Made by a program: the position numbers and the translations under genes. Below, one piece after another: positions 9,396 through 18,842 of a stretch of DNA of 64,000 bases. Position 1 is the first letter of the stretch. Each line of letters opens with the position of its first letter. Origin of the DNA: Blastocatellia bacterium (GTDB lineage Bacteria > Acidobacteriota > Blastocatellia > UBA7656). The stretch is from NCBI GenBank assembly GCA_963765495.1, contig CAVXWP010000004.1:32001-96000 (forward strand), given 5' to 3'. The notes under the pieces were generated by a model that was not told the origin of the DNA, did not search any database, and saw only the letters and a list, made by a program, of their open reading frames with translations.

Positions 9396-9671
9396 ATGAG
9401 CGAACAAGACAAAGATGACATCAAGAGAGAGCATTCTCCGAGGGAAGAAAAGACTGATTACACCGATTATCAGGAGTTGAATTTTCTAGGGCGGGCCGAG
9501 GTGCTTGGCGCGGCAGAAGTGGAGAACGTCGAGCCATCAGAAGTTGTTGGCGGGGAACCGCAGTCCGATCCACATCCGGAACAGTTGACAGAAGCCACAC
9601 ATGGCAAAACAGATTACAATGACAATGCTGATTTAGCCCCTGTTGATCCAGAGGGGCAGACAAACGGCTAA
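9396..9671 (+). CDS. Small acidic, probably disordered hypothetical protein
   Basis: GGAG RBS, ATG start, D/E-rich 91-aa ORF with an internal repeat (KTDY twice). Confidence 0.55.
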   Translation: MSEQDKDDIKREHSPREEKTDYTDYQELNFLGRAEVLGAAEVENVEPSEVVGGEPQSDPHPEQLTEATHGKTDYNDNADLAPVDPEGQTNG

Positions 9672-9838
9672 ATCGAATCGTTTAAGATTGACACAGATGC
9701 ATCTACAAGCATTCCAAAAATCATTTGTGGCGAAAGCCGCCTGGCAAGGTACGACTTCAAAGCAATCACTGAACTGTCAATAAGGCTCGATTCCTTGCGG
9801 ATTGTCGTGGATTGCTCACCAGGTATAGTAGGTGACTT

Positions 9839-11797
9839 ATGAAACCCAAAGAACTCACCATACGCGGCCTGATACTCGGCGCGCTCATCACGGTTATCTT
9901 CACGGCGGCTAACGTATATCTCGGCCTCAAGGTCGGTCTTACCTTTGCTTCGTCGATCCCTGCTGCGGTGATCTCGATGGCCATCCTTAGCGCAGTGAAG
10001 GACTCGTCGATACTCGAAAACAACATCGTCCAGACCGTCGCGTCTGCTGCCGGAACGCTCTCAGCGATCATCTTCGTTTTGCCGGGTCTCGTGATTGTCG
10101 GCTGGTGGACGGGGTTCCCCTTCTGGCAATCGTTTCTTATCTGCCTAAGCGGAGGCGTGCTCGGCGTGGTCTTCACGATCCCGCTCCGACGTGCGCTAGT
10201 TACAAACTCCGACCTGCCCTACCCGGAAGGTGTAGCGGCGGCCGAAGTATTGAAAGTCGGATCCGGCACGCGTGGAGAAACGAAGGACGAGACGGGCGAA
10301 GCGAGAGAAGGGCTTGTCGCCGTGATTCTCGGTTCCGCCGCTTCGGCGGGGCTCGCCATCGTAACGGCGACGCGGATCGCTGCCGGTCAACTCACAGGTT
10401 TCTTTCGCATCGGGACCATGGCATCGAGCGGTTACGACTTCGCATGGTCGCTTGCGCTTGTCGGCGCAGGTCATCTCGTCGGGTTGTCGGTGGGAATGGC
10501 TATGCTTTTCGGCCTCGTGATCGCATGGGGAATTGCCGTCCCGATCTTGACATCGATGCAGCCCGCTGCCGAAGGCATGACGCTTGCCGGGCACACCCTG
10601 TCGATCTGGCGCGATCAGGTTCGGTTTATCGGCGCCGGAACGATCGCTATTGCCGCGATCTATACGCTGGCCAAACTAGCAAAGCCGGTCGTCGGCGGGC
10701 TCTTGAGCACGCTTGCTGCCTCTCGGAAAGCGGACACAGGGGACGATAGTGACCGCGATCTCTCACCCTCGTGGATTTTCGCGCTTACTGCCGCATGCCT
10801 GCTCATAGCCGCGTGGCTTTCGTTCACGTTCGCGCAGTCGACGGTACTGGCATCAAGTGCCTTGAAGCTCACAATGATCGCCGTACCCTTCGTGCTACTT
10901 GGCGGCTTTCTCATCGCCGGGATCTGCGGATATATGGCGGGGCTCATCGGGGCATCGAACAGCCCAATTTCGGGCGTTGGCATTCTGTCAATCGTGCTAT
11001 GTGCATCGACACTCGTACTCGCCGTGTCGCCAACGCCTGCGATGCAGCCCGCGCTTGTGGCCTTCGCGCTCTTCGTGACGGCGATAGTCTTCGCGTGTGC
11101 AACGATCTCGAACGACAACTTGCAAGATCTCAAAACCGGCCAGCTAGTCGGTGCCTCTCCTATGCGTCAGCAGATAGCGCTCATAGTCGGCGTAGGTGCC
11201 GGCGCGGCGGTGATCCCCTGGGTGCTCAACCTGCTCGCCAAGGCGTATGGGTTTGCCGGAGCCGCAAACGTCGGCGTTGTAGCTCCGAATCCACTGGCGG
11301 CCCCACAGGCAACGCTCATCTCCGCCCTCGCCAGGGGCGCAATCGGGGGAAGCCTCCCCTGGAAGATGATCGGGATTGGCGCACTCATTGGCGTCGGCAT
11401 CATTCTGCTTGATACGACGCTTGGCGCGATGAAGAGATTACGCATTCCACCGTTAGCCGTTGGCATCGGGATATATCTTCCAATGTCGGCCACCTTTGCT
11501 GTGGTTGTAGGGGCGGTGATCTCTCATTGGTATGATAAGTTCGCTCGCTCGACGGCGAACCCTGATCGTGCCGAGCGACTGGGCACGCTCGTGGCGTCGG
11601 GATTGATTGTCGGCGAGAGCTTGTGGGGCGTGATCAACGCGGGTCTGATCGTCGGGCTCTCGAAAGACGCGCCGATAGGGCTCGTATCCGAGGATTTTGC
11701 GCTCGCTCCCTGGCTCGGACTGCTCGGCTTCATTGGGTCGATCATTTGGTTGTACGGATGGATGGTGCGCCGGTCTGCAAAGCAAATGCGTGTCTAG
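9839..11797 (+). CDS. OPT family oligopeptide transporter
   Basis: ELTIRGLILG...NVYLGLKVGLTFASSIPAAVIS; ENNIVQT; LPYPEGVAAAEVL; NDNLQDLKTG; many TM helices. Confidence 0.95.
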   Translation: MKPKELTIRGLILGALITVIFTAANVYLGLKVGLTFASSIPAAVISMAILSAVKDSSILENNIVQTVASAAGTLSAIIFVLPGLVIVGWWTGFPFWQSFLICLSGGVLGVVFTIPLRRALVTNSDLPYPEGVAAAEVLKVGSGTRGETKDETGEAREGLVAVILGSAASAGLAIVTATRIAAGQLTGFFRIGTMASSGYDFAWSLALVGAGHLVGLSVGMAMLFGLVIAWGIAVPILTSMQPAAEGMTLAGHTLSIWRDQVRFIGAGTIAIAAIYTLAKLAKPVVGGLLSTLAASRKADTGDDSDRDLSPSWIFALTAACLLIAAWLSFTFAQSTVLASSALKLTMIAVPFVLLGGFLIAGICGYMAGLIGASNSPISGVGILSIVLCASTLVLAVSPTPAMQPALVAFALFVTAIVFACATISNDNLQDLKTGQLVGASPMRQQIALIVGVGAGAAVIPWVLNLLAKAYGFAGAANVGVVAPNPLAAPQATLISALARGAIGGSLPWKMIGIGALIGVGIILLDTTLGAMKRLRIPPLAVGIGIYLPMSATFAVVVGAVISHWYDKFARSTANPDRAERLGTLVASGLIVGESLWGVINAGLIVGLSKDAPIGLVSEDFALAPWLGLLGFIGSIIWLYGWMVRRSAKQMRV

Positions 11798-11873
11798 TGA
11801 AGAGCGAGAAAGGACAGACAGGATTAACAAGATTCTACCCTTCATAGGATTTACTCAAGGAGTTGCTGTTTAT

Positions 11874-12905
11874 ATGAAGATACCTTCCAGTTCTTCCATA
11901 CTACGGAGCGGCATAGCCCCAATCGCTCTTATCTCAATGATTATTTTGGCGGCCCCTGCTTCCAACCCTCCACTCCAGATGTGGGAACGTCTCAACCACG
12001 GAAACCCTATCATATCCCCAGAGGGCGACGCTTTTGAGTCAGCTGGCGTCTTTAATCCAGCAGTTGTGAAAAAGGATGGCAAGCTCGTAATGCTCTATCG
12101 CGCTCAGGACAAAGGCGGGACTTCGCGCCTCGGCTATGCCGAAAGCACCGACGGAATTCATTTTGTCAGGCGGGCCGGGCCAGTGCTTGTGCCGGAAACC
12201 GATTATGAAAAGGACGGTGGTGTTGAAGATCCTCGGCTGGTAAAAATCGGCGGCACTTACTACCTGACCTATACCGGGTATAACAAGAAGGATGCGCAAC
12301 TCTGTCTGGCTACGTCCAAAGACCTTATTCATTGGGTGCGCAAGGGCATCATCATGCCAGCCTACAAAGGGCGTTGGAACATAGGGTGGCCCAAATCAGG
12401 CGCTATACTTTCTGAGAAGATAAAGAACCGTTACTGGATGTATTTCTTGGGTGATTCTGCAAAGGACGTACACGAAACGGGGGTGGCCTATTCCTATGAT
12501 CTAATTCATTGGACCGAGGCGCTCGACCAGCCACTCGTCAGGCGACGGCCAGGATACTTCGATGCGAAAGTCGTCGAGCCGGGCCCGCCGCCGATAATGA
12601 CCGAGAAAGGCATCCTCTTAATTTATAATGGCGCTGACGAAAATAGTGTCTTTGCAACGGGATGGGTACTATTTGACAGGAATGACCCAACAAGAATAGT
12701 TGCCCGCTCTGATAAGCCGATCTTCACAGCAGAGCAGGAGTGGGAGAAGGTGGGGCAGGTGCCAAATGTCGTATTCGTCGAAGGTGCGGTGCAGGAGGGC
12801 AACCGCTGGCTGTTCTATTATGGTGGTGCCGATAAATACATAGGGGTTGCAGCGACTGAGACGCTTCCACACGTAAAGCCGTCTAATGCTAACTTGAAGA
12901 GATGA
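11874..12905 (+). CDS. Glycoside hydrolase family 130 protein with signal peptide
   Basis: GVFNPAVV, LYRAQD, GGVEDPRL, YYLTYTGY, VVEPGPPP, GQVPNVVF, YYGGAD. Start at ATG 11874 behind AAGGAG. Confidence 0.9.
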   Translation: MKIPSSSSILRSGIAPIALISMIILAAPASNPPLQMWERLNHGNPIISPEGDAFESAGVFNPAVVKKDGKLVMLYRAQDKGGTSRLGYAESTDGIHFVRRAGPVLVPETDYEKDGGVEDPRLVKIGGTYYLTYTGYNKKDAQLCLATSKDLIHWVRKGIIMPAYKGRWNIGWPKSGAILSEKIKNRYWMYFLGDSAKDVHETGVAYSYDLIHWTEALDQPLVRRRPGYFDAKVVEPGPPPIMTEKGILLIYNGADENSVFATGWVLFDRNDPTRIVARSDKPIFTAEQEWEKVGQVPNVVFVEGAVQEGNRWLFYYGGADKYIGVAATETLPHVKPSNANLKR

Positions 12906-13018
12906 CCCTCTATGGCAGCCTGTACTGAGTATAGGCCGCCTATCTGTTTCATATGAGGGGCGCGTATTGCATCGCCTCGCGTTCCATCAGTCCACTCAGA
13001 TTTTTCAGAGGAGGTAAC

Positions 13019-13477
13019 ATGAAACTAGCCGAAGCACTTATCCTTAGAGCCGATCATCAAAAACGTATCGAGCAGCTCAAACAGCGACTTTTGAGAAACG
13101 CCAAAATTCAGGAGGGTGACGAACCTGCTGAAAACCCGGGGTTACTCATTGAGGAACTCGAAAAACTTTCTGAAAATCTGCTCCATTTGATCCAGTCCAT
13201 AAACGGCACTAATGCAACCACTCAGCTTGGCGATGGGTTGACTATCTCTGATGCTATCGCTGTCAGAGACGTTATAAGGTTGAAACAGAGCATCTATAGA
13301 GACCTGGCACAGATGGCGACGGTAACTCAAGACCGCTACACCAAGTCGGAGGTAAAATTCAAGAGCACAGTTGAGGTCACTGAAATTCAGAAACGGGCGG
13401 ATGATTTGGCCAGACAGCATCGAGAATTAGACTCTAGAATTCAAGAAGCTAACTGGCGGACAGAACTTGTCGAGTAG
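13019..13477 (+). CDS. DIP1984 family protein (long coiled-coil hairpin, function unknown)
   Basis: MKLAEALILRAD...NAKIQEGDEPAENP...IN.TN...AIAVRD...RYTKSEVK...RELDSRIQEANW.TEL matches the family from end to end. RBS GAGGAGG, ATG 13019. Confidence 0.88.
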   Translation: MKLAEALILRADHQKRIEQLKQRLLRNAKIQEGDEPAENPGLLIEELEKLSENLLHLIQSINGTNATTQLGDGLTISDAIAVRDVIRLKQSIYRDLAQMATVTQDRYTKSEVKFKSTVEVTEIQKRADDLARQHRELDSRIQEANWRTELVE

Positions 13478-13484
13478 TTGAAAG

Positions 13485-13721
13485 AAGGTAGCAATTCCAG
13501 TGAAGGCGAGCACAACCCTTGCGAGCGAAAGCTGGCATCATGGTAGGCGCGAGGGGCCGTGCCTGTGGGTTCGACCCCCACAATAACAGGGTATGCCCAG
13601 TAAGGTGACAAGCGTACAGTGTAATGAGTATTGTTACTACCGAGTGCTGATTCATTGGGAATGTGAGGGTGGGAAAGGGGACTTTCAGAACTACTCTATA
13701 GCAACATATCCAGTTCTACCC
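13485..13721 (+). ncRNA. Candidate ~240-nt structured RNA directly downstream of the DIP1984 gene
   Basis: Nested helices CCAGTGAA(13497-504)/TTCATTGG(13651-58), AGCAC/GTGCT and CCCTTGCG/CGCGAGGG; GAAA and GGGA tetraloop hairpins; a T-loop hairpin TGTGGG-TTCGACC-CCCACA; two GGTAG/CTACC pairings. Confidence 0.65.
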
Positions 13722-13724
13722 GTT

Positions 13725-15602
13725 TTATGTCTGCACGCATACGGAATACCCGCAAGTGCAATAAAGGCAACCGCCATTGTGTTGTAAGGTTGATCCGCAG
13801 TCCGGGCAAATGTTTTTCGCAAACAGTTGATTTTCCGGTCGTTGCAATTCACCCTGAGATGCGGCCGTAAGTGTTAACGGCTCGTTGAGGTCGGCAGGGT
13901 GCGTACTCAGCACCTGATTTTCGCGCGAGCCATCACGATAGACAGTTATTCCTTTGCAGCCAAGCTCGTATGCTAAACGGTAAGCTCGCGCCACATCTTC
14001 AGCCTTTGCGTTGTTTGGAAAGTTAATCGTCTTGGAGACTGCTGCGTCAATATGTTTCTGAAAAGCGGCCTGCATACGCACGTGCCACTCGGGAGCAATT
14101 TCGTGCGTTGTCACAAACAACCTTTTCGCCTCTTCGGGGATTTCCGGGATGTTTAGGAGGGAACCTTTTTCCGCTATGCGGTCCATCAGCAACCTGCTAT
14201 AAAAGCCGTGGTCCCGCGCATACCGCTCGAACAATGGGTGCACAAAAAGCATCTGTTCAGATTCAAATGATAACCTGCGGTATGCGACGGAATAGACTGG
14301 CTCGATACCGCTTGAGCAGTTTGCAATCAAGCTGATAGTACCGGTTGGAGCTACAGTCGTGACAGTAGCATTGCGGCGCGGTTTCTGAGAGGGGTTCTTA
14401 TAAATGTTCTCTTGATACCATCGCGGGAAGGGGCCGCGCCTCTTTGCCAGATCAATCGAGGCTCGCGTTGCCTCGCGCGAGATAAAACTCATAACTTTAT
14501 CAGCGGTGCGGACTCCTTCCTCCGAGTTGTAGGCAATGCCGAGATTTATAAGCAGATCGGCCCATCCCATCACTCCAAATCCTATCTTGCGATTAAGCCT
14601 CGTTATCTGTTCGATCTGAGGTATGGGAAACTCGCTTACATCAATAATGTTGTCAAGAAAATGTACGCCTGTCGCGATGACCTCCTTCAATCGCTCATAG
14701 TCCACATCACCATCACGGTGAAATCGAGACAGGTTGATCGAGCCAAGCACACAGGATTCATAAGGCAGCAGCGGTTGTTCACCGCAAGGATTGGTGCTCT
14801 CGATTTGTCCAAGCTCGGGCGTCGGGTTATCGCGATTGATGCGATCAATGAATATCACCCCCGGTTCACCATTGTGCCACGCTAATTGAACTATCTTGTC
14901 GAATACTTTGCGCGCATCCAACTGCCCGGCTACCCGCCCGGTGCGGGGATTAATCAGAGGGTAAGGCTCGCCCGTTTTGACTTTTTCCATGAATGCGTCG
15001 GTCACCGCTACGGAGATGTTGAAGGTATTGAGTTCAAGCGGGTTGGTTTTCGCGGTTATGAATTCTTTAATATCCGGGTGGTCTACGCGCAGTATCGCCA
15101 TGTTAGCACCCGCCCGTTTGCCTCCGAGCTTTGTGACTTCGGTAGCGTAATTGTAAAGGCGCATGAAAGATACCGGACCGCTCGACTGGCCGTGAGTTGA
15201 TTCGATGAGGTCTTCTTTGGGCCGCAGTTGAGAGAAAGAGAATCCCGTTCCGCCGCCGCTCTTTTGAATCAGCGCCGTGTTGGTAAGAGTGCCAAATATG
15301 CCCTCCATCGAATCTTCAATTGGCAACACAAAGCAGGCTGACAATTGAGCGAGGTTGCGACCGGCGTTCATAAGCGTGGGCGAGTTGGGCAGGAATTCAA
15401 GCCGCGTCATCACATCATAGAAAGCCGCTTCCGATCTCTCAACGTCGTCCGGAGTCCCATATTTCAAATCGGCAGATGCGATGCTTCTGGCGACGCGCCG
15501 AAACATCTCTTCCGGTGTTTCACTCACTCGCCCGTCTGAATTACGCGCAAGTATGCGCTTGCGCAAAACGAGCAATGCGTTTTTTGTAAGCTCCAAATTC
15601 AT
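13725..15602 (-). CDS. nrdJ: Adenosylcobalamin-dependent (class II) ribonucleotide reductase
   Basis: FLPNSPTLMNAG, QLSACFV, GGGTGFSFS, STNPCGEQPL, ESCVLGSINL, APTGTIS, VSKTINF, KGITVYRDGSR, C-terminal CPDCG...CLYCTCGYSVC. Start at ATG 15602. Confidence 0.95.
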   Translation of the reverse strand: MNLELTKNALLVLRKRILARNSDGRVSETPEEMFRRVARSIASADLKYGTPDDVERSEAAFYDVMTRLEFLPNSPTLMNAGRNLAQLSACFVLPIEDSMEGIFGTLTNTALIQKSGGGTGFSFSQLRPKEDLIESTHGQSSGPVSFMRLYNYATEVTKLGGKRAGANMAILRVDHPDIKEFITAKTNPLELNTFNISVAVTDAFMEKVKTGEPYPLINPRTGRVAGQLDARKVFDKIVQLAWHNGEPGVIFIDRINRDNPTPELGQIESTNPCGEQPLLPYESCVLGSINLSRFHRDGDVDYERLKEVIATGVHFLDNIIDVSEFPIPQIEQITRLNRKIGFGVMGWADLLINLGIAYNSEEGVRTADKVMSFISREATRASIDLAKRRGPFPRWYQENIYKNPSQKPRRNATVTTVAPTGTISLIANCSSGIEPVYSVAYRRLSFESEQMLFVHPLFERYARDHGFYSRLLMDRIAEKGSLLNIPEIPEEAKRLFVTTHEIAPEWHVRMQAAFQKHIDAAVSKTINFPNNAKAEDVARAYRLAYELGCKGITVYRDGSRENQVLSTHPADLNEPLTLTAASQGELQRPENQLFAKNICPDCGSTLQHNGGCLYCTCGYSVCVQT

Positions 15603-15984
15603 ACCCTCGCTAATATATTTTACATCTTTATCTTCCTGCTCATAAAGATCATCAGCATAACCGGTCAATTCAGATCGTTTGAAACGAGCACGGTAGATAC
15701 CCTGGTTTCCGTTCTTTCGGCAAATTCGCGCTTGACCACCCTTTGATTCTCTCTGAGCGTATCGGTCAGCCATCTTTTGGCATATTACGGGTCTTCCTCA
15801 AAGTTCTTCAGAAAGTAACCGTCAATCAACTTGGCCCGTTCGCTCCCGTAGAGAGAATCGAGAATTGCCCGGCTTGTAATAGAGCGCTTGTTTGTATAAT
15901 TGGCAGTCAGGCCCGCGCCCCTTTGATGCGTCTGGCCTGTTTTGTTTATTTCTGAAATAATCGGAATGAATCGAGGTTATAATT

Positions 15985-16752
15985 ATGGGAATCCCTACTC
16001 AGATTGATGTTCGCGTACTCGCAAAAGACGGCAAGTACCTCGGCGATGACATCGGTGGCGCACTCGTGACTATCTACGATGTCCATACTGGTGAACTCCT
16101 GGCTCGTGGCAATACAGCCGGCGGTTCTGGTCAGCAAGACCTTATGAGTATTTGTCTCAAACGCTCAGAAGTTCTTCCAGTCGATGCGGCCTCTCTTTTT
16201 TCTGCCACTCTTGATTTAGACCAACCACGGCTCATCAAGGTATCTGCCTATGGTCCTTTGGCCGCGCAGCAATCTGCCAATTCCGCCTCTGTTACGCAAT
16301 GGGTCTATCCTGGTAAAGATATCACTGGTGGCAAGAACGGTGGCGGCTTCTTTTTAGAGATACCTGGACTGGTGGTTCAGATACTAAACCCGCCAACTCA
16401 CTTTCTACCTAAAACAGCGCCCCGGCATATCAAAATCAGAGCCAATGTAACAATGATGTGTGGTTGCCCAATTGGCCCGAATCACTCGCCCTGGTTTCCG
16501 GATCAATTTGAGGTGATGGCTGTAATAAAGCAGGGTGAGAATGGATGTACCGAGGTACCTCTGAATTTTGATCAGGATGCTCCTGACGGAGCACCGAGTC
16601 AGTTTGTGGGTAAGTGGCGAGTTCCAAAGAATGGTTCCGGGCAGCCAATGATATACGAGATCACTGTTTTTGCCTTCCAGCAAGAGACGGGCAACACCGG
16701 AGTAGATAAAGCAACCGTGATAATTCCGCCCGGCTCTACAACAACAAAATAA
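15985..16752 (+). CDS. Conserved hypothetical protein (MMCGCP motif)
   Basis: VRVLAKDGKYLGDDIGGALVTI...TGELLARG, ANVTMMCGCPI, QQETGNTG motifs recalled from an uncharacterised family; GAGG RBS. Confidence 0.75.
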   Translation: MGIPTQIDVRVLAKDGKYLGDDIGGALVTIYDVHTGELLARGNTAGGSGQQDLMSICLKRSEVLPVDAASLFSATLDLDQPRLIKVSAYGPLAAQQSANSASVTQWVYPGKDITGGKNGGGFFLEIPGLVVQILNPPTHFLPKTAPRHIKIRANVTMMCGCPIGPNHSPWFPDQFEVMAVIKQGENGCTEVPLNFDQDAPDGAPSQFVGKWRVPKNGSGQPMIYEITVFAFQQETGNTGVDKATVIIPPGSTTTK

Positions 16753-16807
16753 ACACCTTCGAAACTGGGAGGAAAAGTGGGATAGACCACAGGGCCATAC
16801 AATTTGA

Positions 16808-16872
16808 GCTTTGCGTACTTCGCGTCTTTGCGAGAAATAGGTACTTGCAAAGGCGCAAAGTCGTAAAGTAAG
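16808..16872. repeat. Palindromic 9-bp-period repeat element
   Basis: CTTTGCGTACTTCGCGTCTTTGCG...GCAAAGGCGCAAAGTCGTAAAG inverted arms. Confidence 0.6.
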
Positions 16873-16940
16873 CAAAGAGTTTCCTGAGAATCATAGGTAT
16901 CCTAAATCAAACAGCAAGAGACCGGTTCAGATGAGTTTGA

Positions 16941-17294
16941 ATGAATATCAGGAAGGTCAAACAATCCCTAGCCAACAATAAGCTTCGCATTGTGGAAGCT
17001 GTCTGTCTGATCATCGCTCTTGTCATTGTGATTACGGCAGCCGTCACCATCACCTATCAGAGGTTTACCTTGACGGGAACATACCGCAATGAGTTCTCAG
17101 GAAGAATTATTGATAAAGTGACAAGGTATCACGAATCCGATGAAGGGTCATCAAGGGAGAGGCACCTGATAATTGAAGATAGGGGCGGGAAACGCAGCGA
17201 GGTATACGTTACCGAAGATATTTATGGCAGAGCCAATATTGGGATGTGGATTGAAAAGAGCGACAAAGGAGTGAATTTAGTGCCGCCGAAATGA
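16941..17294 (+). CDS. Hypothetical membrane-anchored protein
   Basis: One TM helix followed by a small beta-rich domain (GRIIDK...VYVTEDIY...IGMWIEK). Confidence 0.7.
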   Translation: MNIRKVKQSLANNKLRIVEAVCLIIALVIVITAAVTITYQRFTLTGTYRNEFSGRIIDKVTRYHESDEGSSRERHLIIEDRGGKRSEVYVTEDIYGRANIGMWIEKSDKGVNLVPPK

Positions 17295-17361
17295 GTCATC
17301 CTACTTTTCAATGTTTTCAGCAGTTTAGCAATTCATCTAAAACTGATCGGTTACAGGGGAG

Positions 17362-17736
17362 TTGGATTTTATGCGATTTGCCAAATGGGTTTACCTGATT
17401 TCAGGAATTTATGGGTTAATCGTTTTGACACCCATGTATTTTCTGGAATCCAAGAATGGAATAGACTACCCGCCGGCGATTAATCACCCCGAGTTTTACT
17501 ACGGGTTTATAGGTGTCGCGCTCGCGTGGCAGGTTGGATTTTTGATCATCTCGAAAGACCCGAAGCGATATAGACTGATGATGATAGCGGCTGTGATAGA
17601 GAAATATAGTTATGGCATCGCTGTCTTGATACTCTTTTTGCAAGGTCGCATCGCAAACATGATTCTGGTAACAGGGATGATTGACATCGTCTTAGGAACG
17701 CTCTTCTTCATCTCTTACAAGAGAGTAAGTGAATAA
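17362..17736 (+). CDS. Four-TM hypothetical membrane protein
   Basis: [13 protein letters not shown]...[21 protein letters not shown]...DPKRYR...EK. Start may be ATG 17371. Confidence 0.8.
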   Translation: MDFMRFAKWVYLISGIYGLIVLTPMYFLESKNGIDYPPAINHPEFYYGFIGVALAWQVGFLIISKDPKRYRLMMIAAVIEKYSYGIAVLILFLQGRIANMILVTGMIDIVLGTLFFISYKRVSE

Positions 17737-17791
17737 ATAATATATTGCCCTGCGCTGAAGCTGTCGTCAGACCGACAGGTTGCTGTTTTGC

Positions 17792-17823
17792 TTGACTCTA
17801 TACCTAAGTATAGGATGCAAAAT
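17792..17823 (+). promoter_or_regulatory. MerR-type promoter/operator
   Basis: -35 TTGACT, an elongated ~20-bp spacer containing the dyad CTATAC-CTAA-GTATAG (17798-17813), and -10-like CAAAAT, directly upstream of a MerR gene. Confidence 0.75.
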
Positions 17824-17849
17824 GGTGAAACGGGGTGAAAGGAGGAGGA

Positions 17850-18248
17850 ATGCGTATTGGACAACTTGCCACACTAACCGGCGTCTCTGTTCAGACTATC
17901 CGCTTCTATGAACGTCGCGGGCTCCTGAAAAAAGTCACGCGGCTCGCATCCGGCTACAGGTCCTACTCAGAGGATGACATAAAACAGATTCGCTTTATTA
18001 AGCGATCACAAGAGCTTGGCTACACTCTAGTTGAAATCGCGCGCCTTCTCGATCTAAAGCACGAACCTCCACACAATACGGTGCAGTTGCGAGCGATTGT
18101 TGAGACAAAGCTTCGTCACATCGAAGACAATATTCGCCATTTGCAGCAGATGCGCGAAGAGCTGCTAGCCGTTGCGCAAACTTGTGGCTGTAGCGAGGCA
18201 CAGCCTGTTTGCCACGTCCTTGAACAACTCAATCAGCCTGTAGAGTAG
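17850..18248 (+). CDS. MerR family heavy-metal-responsive regulator (CueR/ZntR-like)
   Basis: MRIGQLA...TIRFYERRGLL...SGYRSY...FIKRSQELGYTL.EI; C-terminal CGC...C. GGAGG RBS, ATG 17850. Confidence 0.93.
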   Translation: MRIGQLATLTGVSVQTIRFYERRGLLKKVTRLASGYRSYSEDDIKQIRFIKRSQELGYTLVEIARLLDLKHEPPHNTVQLRAIVETKLRHIEDNIRHLQQMREELLAVAQTCGCSEAQPVCHVLEQLNQPVE

Positions 18249-18263
18249 ACCCGAGAGGAATAA

Positions 18264-18737
18264 ATGGAGGAACAAATGCTTGATAGAAAATTAATTCGCG
18301 TTGTTATGACAATATCACTGTTGGGATTGAGCCTCTTCACAATTAGACCTCTTCAGGGCAAACCAGTTACAACAACCATAATGATACAAGACCAGGCTAT
18401 GAAAAACGTAAAAGAGAATGCAACTACAGAATCGCCCTTTGCCTGTAATCTCGCAGGGCTAAACTCTGAACAGCGGAAGCTTTATACAGCTTTAGTTAAG
18501 AAGCTCCATAGCAGCATGCAAGAAGTACGGGAACTGGCGGATGGGTACGCCTTCCGTTTTTCACCAGAGGCGACAAATATTAAAGAATTGGCTGAGTTCA
18601 TAACATACGAGAGACTATGTTGCCCATTCTTCGATTTCGATCTGGAGGTAGAAAGAGAAAGCGGTCCGGCGTGGCTGCGACTGAGAGGGCGGGAGGGTGT
18701 CAAAGAATTTATCCGCAGCGAATTTGGCGTGAAATAG
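18264..18737 (+). CDS. MerR-associated Cys-motif protein with N-terminal hydrophobic segment
   Basis: PFACNL...ELADGYAFRF...ERLCCPFFDF...WLRL.G.EGVKEF; candidate metal-binding cysteines. Confidence 0.75.
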   Translation: MEEQMLDRKLIRVVMTISLLGLSLFTIRPLQGKPVTTTIMIQDQAMKNVKENATTESPFACNLAGLNSEQRKLYTALVKKLHSSMQEVRELADGYAFRFSPEATNIKELAEFITYERLCCPFFDFDLEVERESGPAWLRLRGREGVKEFIRSEFGVK

Positions 18738-18842
18738 TTTAGCCCTCGACCGCAGCGCGTCGACTATGCCCGAGTCAGACTCGCCCAGGAACTGGTCATT
18801 GTATTATCATCTTTCGTCAAGCAGAAGGAGTGAATCTAAGCT

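Noticed and set aside
13564-13582. tRNA gene suggested by GGTTCGACCC
   Set aside because: No acceptor, D or anticodon arms at tRNA spacing; treated as a T-loop within the larger RNA candidate.
15605-15625. NrdR box or cobalamin riboswitch upstream of nrdJ
   Set aside because: CTAATATATTTT only loosely resembles the box, there is no second copy, and no B12-box motif is visible.
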